Source: Patescibacteria group bacterium (GTDB lineage: Bacteria; Patescibacteriota; Minisyncoccia; Phycocordibacterales; Phycocordibacteraceae). From it: DNA of 63,555 bases. A model generated the notes under the pieces. That model was not told where the DNA came from. It was given only the letters and a program-made list of their open reading frames with translations, and ran no database searches. Below are positions 7,415 through 17,160 of this stretch, one piece after another (within the stretch, counting starts at the first letter, position 1; every line of letters starts with the position of its first letter). The stretch is taken from positions 1 through 63,555 of the forward strand of contig JAGWWI010000003.1 in the NCBI GenBank assembly GCA_018970465.1, given 5' to 3'. Made by a program: the position numbers and the translations under genes.

Positions 7415-8575
7415 TTACCCTAAAGGGTCCTCGTCCGGATGCGCGAAGGCGAAGCGGAAGAAGATCGCGAGCAGCGCGCCGACCGAGAAGGACACGAGGA
7501 GGAGCACGATGATGAACCCCGCGACCGGGATGAGCGCCGCCAAAGAGAGCGCGAGGGTGCCGAGGACCGCGTCGCGCCAGCGTACGCCCCGCGTCTCGGT
7601 GAGGTAGCGCGCGGCCCCGACCCCGAGCGCGACGCCCGAGTACGCGAGCCCGAGGAGGACGAGGAGCGCGTAGAGGATCGCGAGCAGGATCGCGAGCCCG
7701 AGGCCGACGCCTGTGAGCGCCAAGAGGAGCACCAAGACGGGACCCACGACGAGCGCCGCGAAGCCGAGCAGGGTCACGAGCACGACGTGCCGCGGCGTGC
7801 GGCCGTACCCCTCGCCGACGACCGCGCCCGCAAGCCGCGGGAAGAGGCCCGCGATAAGCCCCGCGAGCAGGAGCGCCGCGAGGACGCGCACGAGGAGGAA
7901 GATGCCGATCGACGCGACCGAGAGCGAGCGCGAGACGCGCGCGCCCGGGAGGTAGGAGGCGGCGGTGTAGTGGACGCCGCCCGCGACCGCGGCCGCATCG
8001 AGCCCAGCAGCGGGCAGGGGCGCTTCGTAGGTGAGCGCGCCGCGGATCGCGGTCCCCGGGAGAAGCGTGAGGCGGTCGGCCGCGACGACCTTCACGTCGC
8101 CCGCGAAGGCGCCGCCCAAAGTGACGGTATTGCCGTAGATCGTGACGGGGCCGCCCGCCCCGCCAAGCGCCGCGACGGTCACGCCGGCGATGAAGGTGCT
8201 CCCTGCAGCCGGGCGCTCAGCGTGCACCGAGAGGCCGACCGCGCCGAGGTCGCCGCCGACCGAGCGTTCGAGCGTCACATTCCCCGCGAGGAGGCGGAGA
8301 TCGCCCGAGACGGGCGCGCGCACCGAGGCCGAGCCCGCGACGACGAGGAGATCCTGCCCCGTCGGAGCGGCGACGATGACCGAGCCGCCGAGCGCGGTCA
8401 GGTCGCCCGCGGTGGGCGAGGTGACGATCACGGACGAGCCCGCGTCGTAGGCGTTCCCGGGCGACGAGCTCGCGACCACGAGCGCCTGGCCGGTGTGGAG
8501 CGCAGCAGGCGCGGCCGCGGCGAACGCCGCAGCTGGCGCAAGGAGCGCGAGGGCGAGCCAGGGGGCGTAGCGCAT
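7415..8575 (-). CDS. Membrane protein with signal peptide, beta-helix/bactofilin-like GD-repeat domain and C-terminal multi-TM region
   Basis: Internal ATG (MRYAPWLALALLAPAAAFA). Repetitive ..GDL..G.V.V.. segments, then long hydrophobic stretches. The antisense 510-aa ORF is judged a shadow. Confidence 0.55.
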   Translation of the reverse strand: MRYAPWLALALLAPAAAFAAAAPAALHTGQALVVASSSPGNAYDAGSSVIVTSPTAGDLTALGGSVIVAAPTGQDLLVVAGSASVRAPVSGDLRLLAGNVTLERSVGGDLGAVGLSVHAERPAAGSTFIAGVTVAALGGAGGPVTIYGNTVTLGGAFAGDVKVVAADRLTLLPGTAIRGALTYEAPLPAAGLDAAAVAGGVHYTAASYLPGARVSRSLSVASIGIFLLVRVLAALLLAGLIAGLFPRLAGAVVGEGYGRTPRHVVLVTLLGFAALVVGPVLVLLLALTGVGLGLAILLAILYALLVLLGLAYSGVALGVGAARYLTETRGVRWRDAVLGTLALSLAALIPVAGFIIVLLLVSFSVGALLAIFFRFAFAHPDEDPLG

Positions 8576-8599
8576 ACGCTGAAATGGTACCATAGCGCC

Positions 8600-8971
8600 A
8601 TGAAAGAACTCACCCCGGAGGAAAAGGAAGTGATCGAGAATGGCGGAACGGAGGCGCCCTTCAGGGGCGCGTACGTCGACAACCACGAACCGGGCGTCTA
8701 CCGCTGCAAGAAGTGCGGGCAGGTGCTCTTCCGCTCCGACGAGAAGTTCGACTCCGGCTCGGGGTGGCCGTCGTTCACCGACCCGGCGGTCGCGGAGCAC
8801 ATTGGCACGCGCGCCGACGATAGCCATGGCATGTCGAGAACCGAGGTCTACTGCAAGAACTGCGGCGCGCACCTCGGGCACCTCTTCGACGACGGCCCCG
8901 CCGAGAAAGGCGGCAAGCGCTACTGCATCAACTCGATCTGCCTGGATTTCGAAAAGGGTGCGTCGATGTAA
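8600..8971 (+). CDS. msrB: Peptide-methionine (R)-S-oxide reductase
   Basis: MKELTPEEKEVIENGGTEAPF..YRCKKCGQVLF..GWPSF..CKNCGAHLGHLF. This is the SelR/MsrB signature with two CxxC pairs. Confidence 0.92.
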   Translation: MKELTPEEKEVIENGGTEAPFRGAYVDNHEPGVYRCKKCGQVLFRSDEKFDSGSGWPSFTDPAVAEHIGTRADDSHGMSRTEVYCKNCGAHLGHLFDDGPAEKGGKRYCINSICLDFEKGASM

Positions 8972-9003
8972 CCAGCCCATCTGCGCCTCATGTTTACTCG
9001 AGT

Positions 9004-9819
9004 ATGAAAACCATCGCGATCGTGGGGCACGGCTACGTCGGCCGCGCGATGGAGGCGTTCTTCAAAGAGAAGTTCTCCATCGTCCTCTACGATCCGCCCC
9101 AAGGATTCGCTGACCAGCAGGCCGTGAACGCCGCCGACCTGGCGGTCGTATGCGTCCCGACCGTCATGGGCGCGGACGGCGCAGCTGATCTCTCCGCCAT
9201 CGAGGAGACCTTCGCGTGGCTTACGACGCCGCTCGTAATCATCAAGTCGACCGTGCCGCCCGGCACCTCGGCTGCGCTCGCGAAGAAATACGGGCTCGAG
9301 GATCGCCTCGCCTTCTCGCCCGAATTCATCGGCGAGGGCGGCTACCCTGTACCCTTCTGGGAGGGCGTGCCGCACCCCACCGACATGACCTACCACCGCG
9401 CGTTCATCTTCGGCGGGGCGCGGGCGGCGCTCGAGCGGATCCTCCCCTTCTTCACCACCGTGCGCGGGCCCTTCGCCGAATACCGCATGACCGATACCAC
9501 CACGGCCGAGCTCACGAAGTATATGGAGAACGCTTGGATCGGGACCAAGGTGACCTTCTGCAACGAGTTCTACGACATCGCGCGAGCCTATGGCGTCTCC
9601 TATGACGAGCTCCGCGAGCTCTGGCTCACCGACGGCCGCGTCGGGCGCTCCCACACGCTCGTCTATCCGGAGAAGCGCGGCTTCGGCGGCAAATGCATCC
9701 CCAAGGACACCGCCGCGCTCTACCGCGCCGCCGCGGCGCGCGGCTACGAGCCCTCACTACTGCGCGCCGTCATCGAGACGAACGCGAAGTTGCGCAACGA
9801 ACCTCCGCCGGTGAGTTAG
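9004..9819 (+). CDS. UDP-glucose/GDP-mannose dehydrogenase family protein (short form)
   Basis: Rossmann motif IAIVGHGYVG and catalytic-Cys region GFGGKCIPKD. At 271 aa, the usual C-terminal UDP-binding domain appears absent. Confidence 0.7.
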   Translation: MKTIAIVGHGYVGRAMEAFFKEKFSIVLYDPPQGFADQQAVNAADLAVVCVPTVMGADGAADLSAIEETFAWLTTPLVIIKSTVPPGTSAALAKKYGLEDRLAFSPEFIGEGGYPVPFWEGVPHPTDMTYHRAFIFGGARAALERILPFFTTVRGPFAEYRMTDTTTAELTKYMENAWIGTKVTFCNEFYDIARAYGVSYDELRELWLTDGRVGRSHTLVYPEKRGFGGKCIPKDTAALYRAAAARGYEPSLLRAVIETNAKLRNEPPPVS

Positions 9820-9904
9820 GCGCATTCGTGCCACAGCGAAGGGATGGATCTCGAGCGGTGCGAAAAGAAGGCCCTCGGTGGTGCTAGAATGGCCCCGTCG
9901 TTTT

Positions 9905-10260
9905 ATGGAAATTTCCGCCATTAGGAAGATAGCGCACAAAGCCCGGGAAGCTCTTGAAGCGGGCGAGATTAGCAGTGAACTTCTCTCCACGCTATATAAA
10001 GCGTACGCAAATGTCGGGGATACTAACCGTTTTGTACGGAGAGCACACGAGCTATTCCCTCTCGGGAACTGCGGGTTAGCGTCGCTCTATTTGAAAGAAG
10101 AAATCGGGGGGAGGTCGTACGAGGCAAATATGGAGACAACGATCATACCTTCTTGCGCATTGGCGGCATCATTGTCGACATCACGGCTGACCAGTTTGGT
10201 GGGGAGAAAATATATATAGGCCCCCTCCAGGCTCCCTGGTCAGTAAAGCCCGGCGTTTGA
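9905..10260 (+). pseudogene. Hypothetical protein gene split by a frameshift at a G6 run (or assembly error)
   Basis: Frame 1 reads MEISAIRK..LKEEIGG. After G6 (10106..10111) a convincing continuation, GKYGDNDHTFLRIGGIIVDITADQFGGEKIYIGPLQAPW.., runs in the +1-shifted frame to the TGA at 10258..10260. A G7 run would join the two frames. Confidence 0.45.
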
Positions 10261-10295
10261 TTGACTCTGCTCGCGTCCCATCTGCCGCCGGTGAG

Positions 10296-10766
10296 CTAGA
10301 TGTGGCAGACGACGCGGCCGGGGTGCTTCTCGGCGTAGCGCTGGTGATACTCCTCCGCCCGCCAGAACTCCTTCGCGGGCTCGATCGAGGTCGCGATGGT
10401 CTTCGGGAGGTACTGCGGCGCGAGCTCTTTCTTGACGCGTTCGGCAATCTCTTGCTGCTCGGGCGAATGGTAGAAGATGACGGAGCGATACTGCGCGCCC
10501 ACGTCGGGCCCTTGCCTGTTTAATTGCGTCGGGTCGTGTATCTCGAAGAAGCGGCGGACGAGCGCTTCGTACGTAGTCTTGCTCGGGTCGAAGGTCACCT
10601 CGACGCTCTCGGCGTGGCCCGTATTCCCGCCGCAGACCTGCTCGTAGCTCGGGTGCGCGATATGCCCGCCCGCGTAGCCCGAGACCGCCTCGACGACGCC
10701 CGGCGTGCGGCGGAACGCGTCTTCGACGCCCCAGAAGCACCCGGCCGCGAAGGTCGCCCGCTCCAT
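10296..10766 (-). CDS. msrA: Peptide-methionine (S)-S-oxide reductase
   Basis: ATFAAGCFWGVE active-site motif; typical length. Confidence 0.92.
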   Translation of the reverse strand: MERATFAAGCFWGVEDAFRRTPGVVEAVSGYAGGHIAHPSYEQVCGGNTGHAESVEVTFDPSKTTYEALVRRFFEIHDPTQLNRQGPDVGAQYRSVIFYHSPEQQEIAERVKKELAPQYLPKTIATSIEPAKEFWRAEEYHQRYAEKHPGRVVCHI

Positions 10767-11507
10767 CTAATTGATGCCGAAGGTGGCGCGGACGGTGACC
10801 ATCACGGTCTTGTCGATCGTCGAAGTGTCGTAGGTGCCGTAGTCGGAGACGTCCATCGAGCCCTTCGCGAGGACTTGCACCGAGGCGGTCGACGCGCTCT
10901 TCAAGCGCCCGACCGATTGCCCTGTCCCCTTCACGATCTGCCCGGCGCGCGCCTTCGCGTCGGCGACCGCGGCGCCCGCGAGCGAGATGCGGTACGACGG
11001 CAAGGTCGAGATGAGGTACTGCGGATCCTGTACCTGGAGGACGAGACCCTGGTTCGTGAGCGCGCTTATGTCCTGCGAGAGCTTCTGCACCAGCGCCGGG
11101 TTGTCGGAGTAGACGGAGACGTCTTGGCGGACGATATAGTGCTTCGGCGCGTTCGGATCCTGGCTGTAGGAGTAATCCTGATCGGCATGCACGGCGCCGA
11201 TCGTGGTCGAGGCGAGCCCCTGATTCTCGAAGTAGCTCGCGACGACCTTTGCGTCCGCGATCACCTGCGCCGTCGCGGCGGGGATGCCGCCCTCGGTCGT
11301 GCTCCGGGTCGCGGAGACGGTCCAGCGCGCGGAGTCGGCCGCGACATCGGCGGTCGCCGAGCCGGTCACCGTGAGCGCGTTGTTGGCATTCTTGATCGCG
11401 AGCGCGGCCCAGGCGGCGATGACGCCGACGATGAGGAACGCGGCCCCGAGGACGAGCGCCGCGGGGACGAACTGATTCTCGCGGAAGCGGGTGAAGAAGG
11501 CGTTCAT
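10767..11507 (-). CDS. SIMPL-domain (DUF541-like) membrane-anchored protein
   Basis: Internal ATG (MNAFFTRF..) with an N-terminal TM helix. Overall resemblance to the SIMPL/DUF541 family. Its stop abuts the msrA start. Confidence 0.6.
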   Translation of the reverse strand: MNAFFTRFRENQFVPAALVLGAAFLIVGVIAAWAALAIKNANNALTVTGSATADVAADSARWTVSATRSTTEGGIPAATAQVIADAKVVASYFENQGLASTTIGAVHADQDYSYSQDPNAPKHYIVRQDVSVYSDNPALVQKLSQDISALTNQGLVLQVQDPQYLISTLPSYRISLAGAAVADAKARAGQIVKGTGQSVGRLKSASTASVQVLAKGSMDVSDYGTYDTSTIDKTVMVTVRATFGIN

Positions 11508-12007
11508 GCGCCCATGATAACAGAGAAGAGGCGCTTGACGCGCGCCCGGAGGCCCGCGCGATCCCTGCGCGAGCGCGTCGCGCCGCCGCCCTCGCCAAAG
11601 CGATTCGTCCCGGCCACTTCCCGCGCTTCGACGGCCGCCTCGGAGAGCCCGAAGTGGTGCCCGAGCTCGTGCCAGATGGTCTCGCGCACCGCGAGCCGGA
11701 CGGCGCTCGCGAAGTCCCCCGCGCGGCGCTCCGCGAGGAGCGCCGCAGCCTCCTCGAGCAGCGGCTCGCGATAGAGCGTGATGGTGTCGGGCAGGACGCC
11801 GCTGTAGAAGCTCCCGCGCTCGGCGGCGGGGACGCCGCGATAGAGACCGAGGAGCACCTCGCCCGCGCCGAGCCCCTCTTCGCGCAAGACCTCGGCGGCG
11901 GGCGTGTCTTCGATGAGGATGGCGACGTTCTCGATGCGCCGCGCGAAGCGCGGCGGGACGTGGGCGAGCTCCTGCCGCGCGATCTCTTCGAACGCTCGCG
12001 GATCCAT
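11504..12007 (-). CDS. Small zincin-like metallopeptidase family protein (DUF1025/Zincin_1-like)
   Basis: HELGHHFG (HExxH) near the C-terminus. About 165 aa, typical of this minimal family. Confidence 0.65.
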   Translation of the reverse strand: MDPRAFEEIARQELAHVPPRFARRIENVAILIEDTPAAEVLREEGLGAGEVLLGLYRGVPAAERGSFYSGVLPDTITLYREPLLEEAAALLAERRAGDFASAVRLAVRETIWHELGHHFGLSEAAVEAREVAGTNRFGEGGGATRSRRDRAGLRARVKRLFSVIMGA

Positions 12008-12068
12008 GGAGAGAAGATAGCACGGCGCCCCGCCAGGGCGGGGCGCCGTGCTACTTGGCGCGGGCTAA

Positions 12069-12905
12069 TTATTGCCCGGCCTCTACAGAGGTAGTGGTCG
12101 AAGCGGTTACAGCGGCGTGCGCGGAGCCGAGCGCCTTCACGATCGCGCCTGCGTCCTTCCGGGCCGCGACGAGGTCCTGCTGCGCGGCTTGGATCTTCGC
12201 GCGCGCGGCCTTCAGGGCGGCGGTGTTCGCGGCCGCGACGCTCTGGTCGCCGTTATCGGGCGCAAGCGAGGCGACGCCCGAAACGGCGGCTTTTGCCTGC
12301 ACGCTCGCGTCCGCGATCTTGGTGTTCATGTCGGTAAGCGACGCTTGGAGCGAGGCGTCAGCTCCGGCCCCGATGCGCGTCGCGAGCTTAGCGGAGAACT
12401 GCGTGAGGAGATTCGCCACGTTCTCGACGCGACCAGCGGCGGCCGTAAGAGCGGCCTGCGGCATGATAAGCGCGTAGATGCGGTAGCTCTTGGCGATCGA
12501 CTGGATGTCGGCCTTGAGGGTGGTGGTCGAGTCGTCAGCGTCGATCTTGGCCTTCAAGGCGGTCAGGGCGCTGATCTGGCTCTCGAGAGAGGCCGAGAGC
12601 GTCGCTTGCGACGAGCTTGCGAGCTTCTGCATCTCGCCGAAGCGCGTCGAGAGCGCGGCGAGGTTCTTGATGCGGCGGTCGATCTCCTCCCCGGCGCGCG
12701 CTTGCGCGGCGGCGATCCTGTCGCCCCCGCGTGCGCCCGCCTCCATGCGCATGGTGGTCGAGGCGCGGAGCGAGGCGGACGTGCGCGCGTCGGTCGAAGC
12801 GTCGAGCCCCATATTCACGCCGACGCCGAGCTCCCCGGCGGAAGCGGCCAACGGCGAGAGAGCGAGAGCGAAGACAGCGGCGATTCCTGCAGTGCGTAAC
12901 GTCAT
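12069..12905 (-). CDS. Secreted Ala/Ser-rich alpha-helical protein, hypothetical
   Basis: Start at MTLRTAGIAAVFALALSPLAASA (signal peptide). The remainder is predicted to be helical/coiled. Confidence 0.5.
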   Translation of the reverse strand: MTLRTAGIAAVFALALSPLAASAGELGVGVNMGLDASTDARTSASLRASTTMRMEAGARGGDRIAAAQARAGEEIDRRIKNLAALSTRFGEMQKLASSSQATLSASLESQISALTALKAKIDADDSTTTLKADIQSIAKSYRIYALIMPQAALTAAAGRVENVANLLTQFSAKLATRIGAGADASLQASLTDMNTKIADASVQAKAAVSGVASLAPDNGDQSVAAANTAALKAARAKIQAAQQDLVAARKDAGAIVKALGSAHAAVTASTTTSVEAGQ

Positions 12906-12915
12906 ACGTGAGTGA

Positions 12916-13215
12916 TTAGAGCGAAGATTGTTGGACCGGCTGATCCGAGAGGCTGCCGTTGACATTCGCATTGTCGGAAGAGAATCCGTTCATCTGGCTG
13001 TCGACGGCGTTCAGATCGGCGTTCAAGGCAGCGTTATCGGTAGCCGAGCCCAAGGGGAGCGTCGTTGCCGACGCGCCGGTCGAGGAGGCGGCCTCCCCGC
13101 CCGAGGCAGGCGCGTGCGCGACCCCGTGCGACCAGTACCACCAGAGCGCAGCTCCGGCGATTACGGCCACGACAACGATGACGGCGAGCGCGCTGTTTCC
13201 TTTCCTGCTTGGCAT
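12916..13215 (-). CDS. Small membrane-anchored hypothetical protein
   Basis: N-terminal TM helix (ALAVIVVVAVIAGAALWWYW). Co-oriented with the gene directly downstream. Confidence 0.4.
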   Translation of the reverse strand: MPSRKGNSALAVIVVVAVIAGAALWWYWSHGVAHAPASGGEAASSTGASATTLPLGSATDNAALNADLNAVDSQMNGFSSDNANVNGSLSDQPVQQSSL

Positions 13216-13240
13216 GAAGATATGGGTCTAATCTGCTAAA

Positions 13241-14329
13241 GTGAGTCCTGCCACAAGTATAATGCCTCCCCTCCCCGATCAAGGCGGCCGCAGTGCATTC
13301 TCGCTCCTCGAGGACGCCCCCTCCTGGCTCGTCGAAGCGCCCCTCTACGCCTATGCGCTCTGGCTTGCGGCGCGCCACCGCGGCCTCACGCTTCCCACGA
13401 TCGTGAACCCCTCGATCCTCATCGGCGGGATCGCGGGCGAATCGAAGACCGACCTCTACCACCTCGCGGGCCCCGCGGCCCGCGCGCATTTCGCGCCTTT
13501 CATCACCATCACGCCCGCGACGCCCGCGGGCGAAATAGCGGAGCGGCTCGCGGCCGCCGGGCTCGCCTACCCCGTAGTCGCGAAGCCCGACATCGGCTTG
13601 AATGGCCGCGGGGTGAAGATCGTCCGCTCGCCCGAAGAGCTCGCGCGGCATCTTGCCCTCTTCCCGCGCGAGGCGCGCGTCCTCCTCCAGCGCTACGTCG
13701 CGGAGGAGGGCGAGGCGGGCATCTTCTACGTGCGCCACCCTTCCGAAGCGGCGGGGCGCATCACCTCGCTCACGCTCAAATACTTCCCCCGCGTCGTGGG
13801 CGACGGGCGAAGCACGCTCCGGGAGCTCATCGAGCGCGACCCGCGCCTCGCGAAGCGCGCGGCGATCTACCTCCGGCGCAACAAGGGCCGGCTCGACGAG
13901 GTCGTGCCCGCCGGAGAAGCGCGGCGCATCGTCTCGGTCGGGAACCACGTGCGCGGCGCCGTCTTCGCCGACGGCGCGGCGCATGTGACGCCCGCGATGA
14001 CGGCGGCATTCGACACGATCGCGCAGGATATCGAGGGCTTCCACTTCGGCCGCTTCGACGTGCGCTTCGGCGACCTCGCGGCACTCGCGCGCGGCGAAGG
14101 CTTCACCATCATCGAGTACAACGGCGCCTCCTCGGAGCCGACCCACGTGCGCGACCCCCGGACGCCCGCGTGGAAGGTGTGGCGCGACTCCATGCGCCAC
14201 TGGCGCTACGCGTTCGAGATCGGGGCAGCGCTGCGCGCCCTAGGCGCGCGGCCGGCCTCCGTCCGCGACGTCTGGCGCATCCTCCAAGCCGAGAAGGCGC
14301 TCGTCGCGCAGTATCCCGATGAGGAGTAG
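13241..14329 (+). CDS. ATP-grasp domain protein (carboxylate-amine ligase-like)
   Basis: PVVAKPDIGLNGRGVKIV..LLQRYV..EYNG resembles the ATP-grasp core. The start codon is uncertain. Confidence 0.6.
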   Translation: MSPATSIMPPLPDQGGRSAFSLLEDAPSWLVEAPLYAYALWLAARHRGLTLPTIVNPSILIGGIAGESKTDLYHLAGPAARAHFAPFITITPATPAGEIAERLAAAGLAYPVVAKPDIGLNGRGVKIVRSPEELARHLALFPREARVLLQRYVAEEGEAGIFYVRHPSEAAGRITSLTLKYFPRVVGDGRSTLRELIERDPRLAKRAAIYLRRNKGRLDEVVPAGEARRIVSVGNHVRGAVFADGAAHVTPAMTAAFDTIAQDIEGFHFGRFDVRFGDLAALARGEGFTIIEYNGASSEPTHVRDPRTPAWKVWRDSMRHWRYAFEIGAALRALGARPASVRDVWRILQAEKALVAQYPDEE

Positions 14330-14353
14330 CGGCGGCGCTGCTATGATGGCAGC

Positions 14354-15268
14354 ATGAACGCCAAGCTCGCGCGGCTCCTCGGAGCGCTGGTGCTCGTCGC
14401 CGGAGCGCTCGGCCTCGGCTACGCGGCGCACGGCGGCCCGGCCGCCGCGACGCCCGTGATTCCGGCCGCGAACGTCACCGCCCCGCCAGCCGGGACGACG
14501 CGCGTCATCTACTCGCTCGACGCGAAGCAAAACGATAAGGAGATCATCGCGCTCATCGCGAGCGCGAAGAGCCATATCTACTTCGCGATGTACGAATTCA
14601 CGCTGAAGGACGTCGCCGACGTCCTCGTCGCCGCCAAGCGGCGCGGCGTCCTCGTGCGGGGCGTGGTCGACGCGGGCGAGAGCGCGAACTCCTACGACAA
14701 ACCGATCATCGCCGAGCTCGTCGTCGCCGGGATCCCGGTCGAGACCGAGAAACACGCGGACGGCAGCGGCATCATGCACATCAAGGCAATCGTGACCGAC
14801 GACGCCTACGCGATCGGGAGCTACAACTGGACGAGCTCGGCAACGACCGAGAACGACGAGATTCTCGAAATCGGCACCGACCCGGCCCTCGTCGCGACGT
14901 ACGAGAACATCCTCTTGAAATTGTTAGACGCCTACCAGGGCACCAACGCGGCCGCGCAAGCGGCCGCGCCCGTATCGGCCGGGACGATCCCCTACACCGA
15001 AGCCGCGAACCATATCGGCGAGCAAGCGACCGTCACCGGCACCCTCGTCGACGCACACACCTCGGCCTCGGGCACCGTCTTCCTCGACTTCTGCAAGTCC
15101 TACAAATCCTGCCCCTTCTCGGGCGTCATCTTCGCGGGCGACGCTGCGGCCTTCGGCGACCTCTCCCGCCTCGCCGGCAAAGCGGTCTCCCTCACCGGCA
15201 CCATCTCCTCCTACCAGGGCAAGGCCGAGATCAAGCTCGCGGACCCGTCGCAGCTTTCGACGCCCTGA
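14354..15268 (+). CDS. Secreted phospholipase D-family (Nuc-like) protein with C-terminal OB-fold-like domain
   Basis: Signal/TM at the N-terminus. HKD motif MHIKAIVTDD..GSYNWT. C-terminal ..VTGTLVD..VFLDF..GKAEIKL resembles an OB fold. Confidence 0.7.
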   Translation: MNAKLARLLGALVLVAGALGLGYAAHGGPAAATPVIPAANVTAPPAGTTRVIYSLDAKQNDKEIIALIASAKSHIYFAMYEFTLKDVADVLVAAKRRGVLVRGVVDAGESANSYDKPIIAELVVAGIPVETEKHADGSGIMHIKAIVTDDAYAIGSYNWTSSATTENDEILEIGTDPALVATYENILLKLLDAYQGTNAAAQAAAPVSAGTIPYTEAANHIGEQATVTGTLVDAHTSASGTVFLDFCKSYKSCPFSGVIFAGDAAAFGDLSRLAGKAVSLTGTISSYQGKAEIKLADPSQLSTP

Positions 15269-15310
15269 ATTCGCGCAATCCTCACGCGCGTGCTATAGTA
15301 TTGTCACCAA

Positions 15311-15850
15311 GTGGCCGGAGAACGACTGAGCATCAACCAGGAGATCAGCGCACGGGAGCTGCGCGTCATCGGCGCCGGAGGCGAGAACCTCGGCGTGATG
15401 CCGTTGCGCGAGGCCCTCGAGCGGGCGAAGGCGGCCGGGATGGACCTGATCGAGATCACGGCCCAGGCCGTGCCGCCCGTTGCGAGGATCGCCGATTATG
15501 GTAGATTCGAATACGAGCGGAGCAAGAAGGAGAAGGCGGTCAAGGCGAAGGCCAAGACCTCCGAGACCAAGGAGGTCCAGATCAAGGTAGGCACCGGAGA
15601 CAACGACCAGCTCTTGAAGGCAAAAAAGGCCGCGGAGTGGCTCGCCGAGGGGCACCGGGTCCGGGCCGAGCTCTTCCTCAAGGGCCGCTACAAGGGCATG
15701 GAGGAGGCCTTCCTCAAGGAGCGCCTCGAGCAGTTCTTGAAGCGGGTCCCCTACCCCTACCGCGTCGCCGAGCCGGTCACCAAGAGCCCGAAGGGGTTCG
15801 CCGGCATCATCGAGCGGGATCCTTCTGCGAAAGCAAAAACACAACCATGA
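15311..15850 (+). CDS. infC: Translation initiation factor IF-3
   Basis: INQEISARELRVIG..MPLREALERAKAAGMDLIEI..VARIADYG. GTG start. Followed by rpmI and rplT. Confidence 0.9.
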   Translation: MAGERLSINQEISARELRVIGAGGENLGVMPLREALERAKAAGMDLIEITAQAVPPVARIADYGRFEYERSKKEKAVKAKAKTSETKEVQIKVGTGDNDQLLKAKKAAEWLAEGHRVRAELFLKGRYKGMEEAFLKERLEQFLKRVPYPYRVAEPVTKSPKGFAGIIERDPSAKAKTQP

Positions 15851-16041
15851 AATCCAACAAAGCCTACTTGAAGCGCATCCGCGTCACCCGCACCGGGAAG
15901 CTCGTCGCGCGCGTCAAGGGCCAGAACCACTTCAACGCCAAGTCTTCGGGGTCGAAGCGCCTCGCGAAGCGTCGCGCGGTCGCGCTCACGCTCACCGCGC
16001 GGGTGCGCCGCCGCTTCTTGGCTGGCACAGGGGCGAAGTAG
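15847..16041 (+). CDS. rpmI: 50S ribosomal protein L35
   Basis: MKSNKAYLKRIRVTRTGKLV..; 64 aa. ATGA overlap with the infC stop. Confidence 0.9.
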   Translation: MKSNKAYLKRIRVTRTGKLVARVKGQNHFNAKSSGSKRLAKRRAVALTLTARVRRRFLAGTGAK

Positions 16042-16073
16042 ACTTTATATTTTTAAATATTTAAATATTTCAT

Positions 16074-16436
16074 ATGGCACGAGTCAAAGGCGGCGTGGGA
16101 GCGCACAAGCGACGCGAGAACATCCTGAAGCGCGCGAAGGGCTGGCGCTACGGCCGCTCGACCAAGATCAAGCAGGCGCACGAGGGCCTCATGAAGGCTG
16201 GCCGCTACGCCTTCGCCCACCGGAAGGACAAGAAGAACGACTTCCGCTCCCTCTGGATCCTGCGCTTGAACGCCGCAGTCCGCGAGAATCTAGAGCACGA
16301 GGGCAAGCCGATGTCCTACAGCGTTTTCATCAATAAGCTGAAGGTGGCGAACATCGCCCTCGACCGCAAGGTCCTCGCCGAGTTCGCCGCCGAGCGCCCC
16401 GAGGTCTTCGCCCGCATCGCGAAGCAGGTCGGCTAA
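16074..16436 (+). CDS. rplT: 50S ribosomal protein L20
   Basis: MARVKGGVGAHKRRENILKRAKGWRYGRS.. is the canonical L20 N-terminus. Confidence 0.95.
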   Translation: MARVKGGVGAHKRRENILKRAKGWRYGRSTKIKQAHEGLMKAGRYAFAHRKDKKNDFRSLWILRLNAAVRENLEHEGKPMSYSVFINKLKVANIALDRKVLAEFAAERPEVFARIAKQVG

Positions 16437-16503
16437 CAAGCCTCGCCGCCTTGACCCACGCAGCGCCGCCCGGAGGGCGGCGTTCGCGTTATACTCACGC
16501 GAT

Positions 16504-17088
16504 ATGGAGGAGGTGGAGATCAAGTTCCTCGAGATCGACCGCCCGGCGCTCGAAGAGAAGCTCACAGGACTCGGCGCGCAGAAGATCGGCGACTACCACT
16601 ACCGCCGGATCGTCTTCGACCACCCCGACTTCCGGCTCGACAAAGCGGCGGCGTGGATCCGCTTGCGGGACGAGGGCGACACCGTCACGCTCGCGTTCAA
16701 GCAGCGCACCGGCGTTACCGAAGAAGGCGCGAACGACAGCGGCATGTACGAGCGCGAGGTTATCGTGAGCGACTTCGACGCTACGCGAGACATTCTGCTC
16801 AAAGCAGGACTGGTCGAGAAGACGTATCAAGAAAACAAGCGAACACGCTATCTCCTCGATGGCGTCGAGTGCGACATCGACTCATGGCCGCTCCTCCCCG
16901 ACTACCTCGAGCTCGAGGGCCAGGACTGGGAGCAGGTTTACGCTGTCGCCGACAAGCTCGGCTATAAGCGCGAAGACGCGAAGATCTTCTCCGCGAACCA
17001 GGTCTACAAGCTCCGTGGCCTCGACGACCGCAACTACGTGCGGCTCACCTTCGACGAGCAGATAGAACGAACGGAAAACCGTTTCTAG
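16504..17088 (+). CDS. CYTH-domain protein (CyaB-like class IV adenylyl cyclase/triphosphatase), intact paralog
   Basis: The ExExK motif at the N-terminus (EVEIKFLE) and ..DIDSWPLLPDYLELEG are typical of CYTH. Confidence 0.8.
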   Translation: MEEVEIKFLEIDRPALEEKLTGLGAQKIGDYHYRRIVFDHPDFRLDKAAAWIRLRDEGDTVTLAFKQRTGVTEEGANDSGMYEREVIVSDFDATRDILLKAGLVEKTYQENKRTRYLLDGVECDIDSWPLLPDYLELEGQDWEQVYAVADKLGYKREDAKIFSANQVYKLRGLDDRNYVRLTFDEQIERTENRF

Positions 17089-17160
17089 CGACGCGAGCTA
17101 GACTGCCAAAAACCGTTCTTGCAGGCGACCGTCTTTAGATGTACGGTTGGAGGAGGTTGA

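Noticed and set aside
7439-8599. A 510-aa + strand ORF (7439..8971) overlapping the minus-strand membrane-protein gene.
   Set aside because: Its first ~387 codons are an R/E/D/G-rich low-complexity translation typical of antisense shadow ORFs in high-G+C DNA. Only the last 123 codons (msrB, from 8600) look like a real protein.
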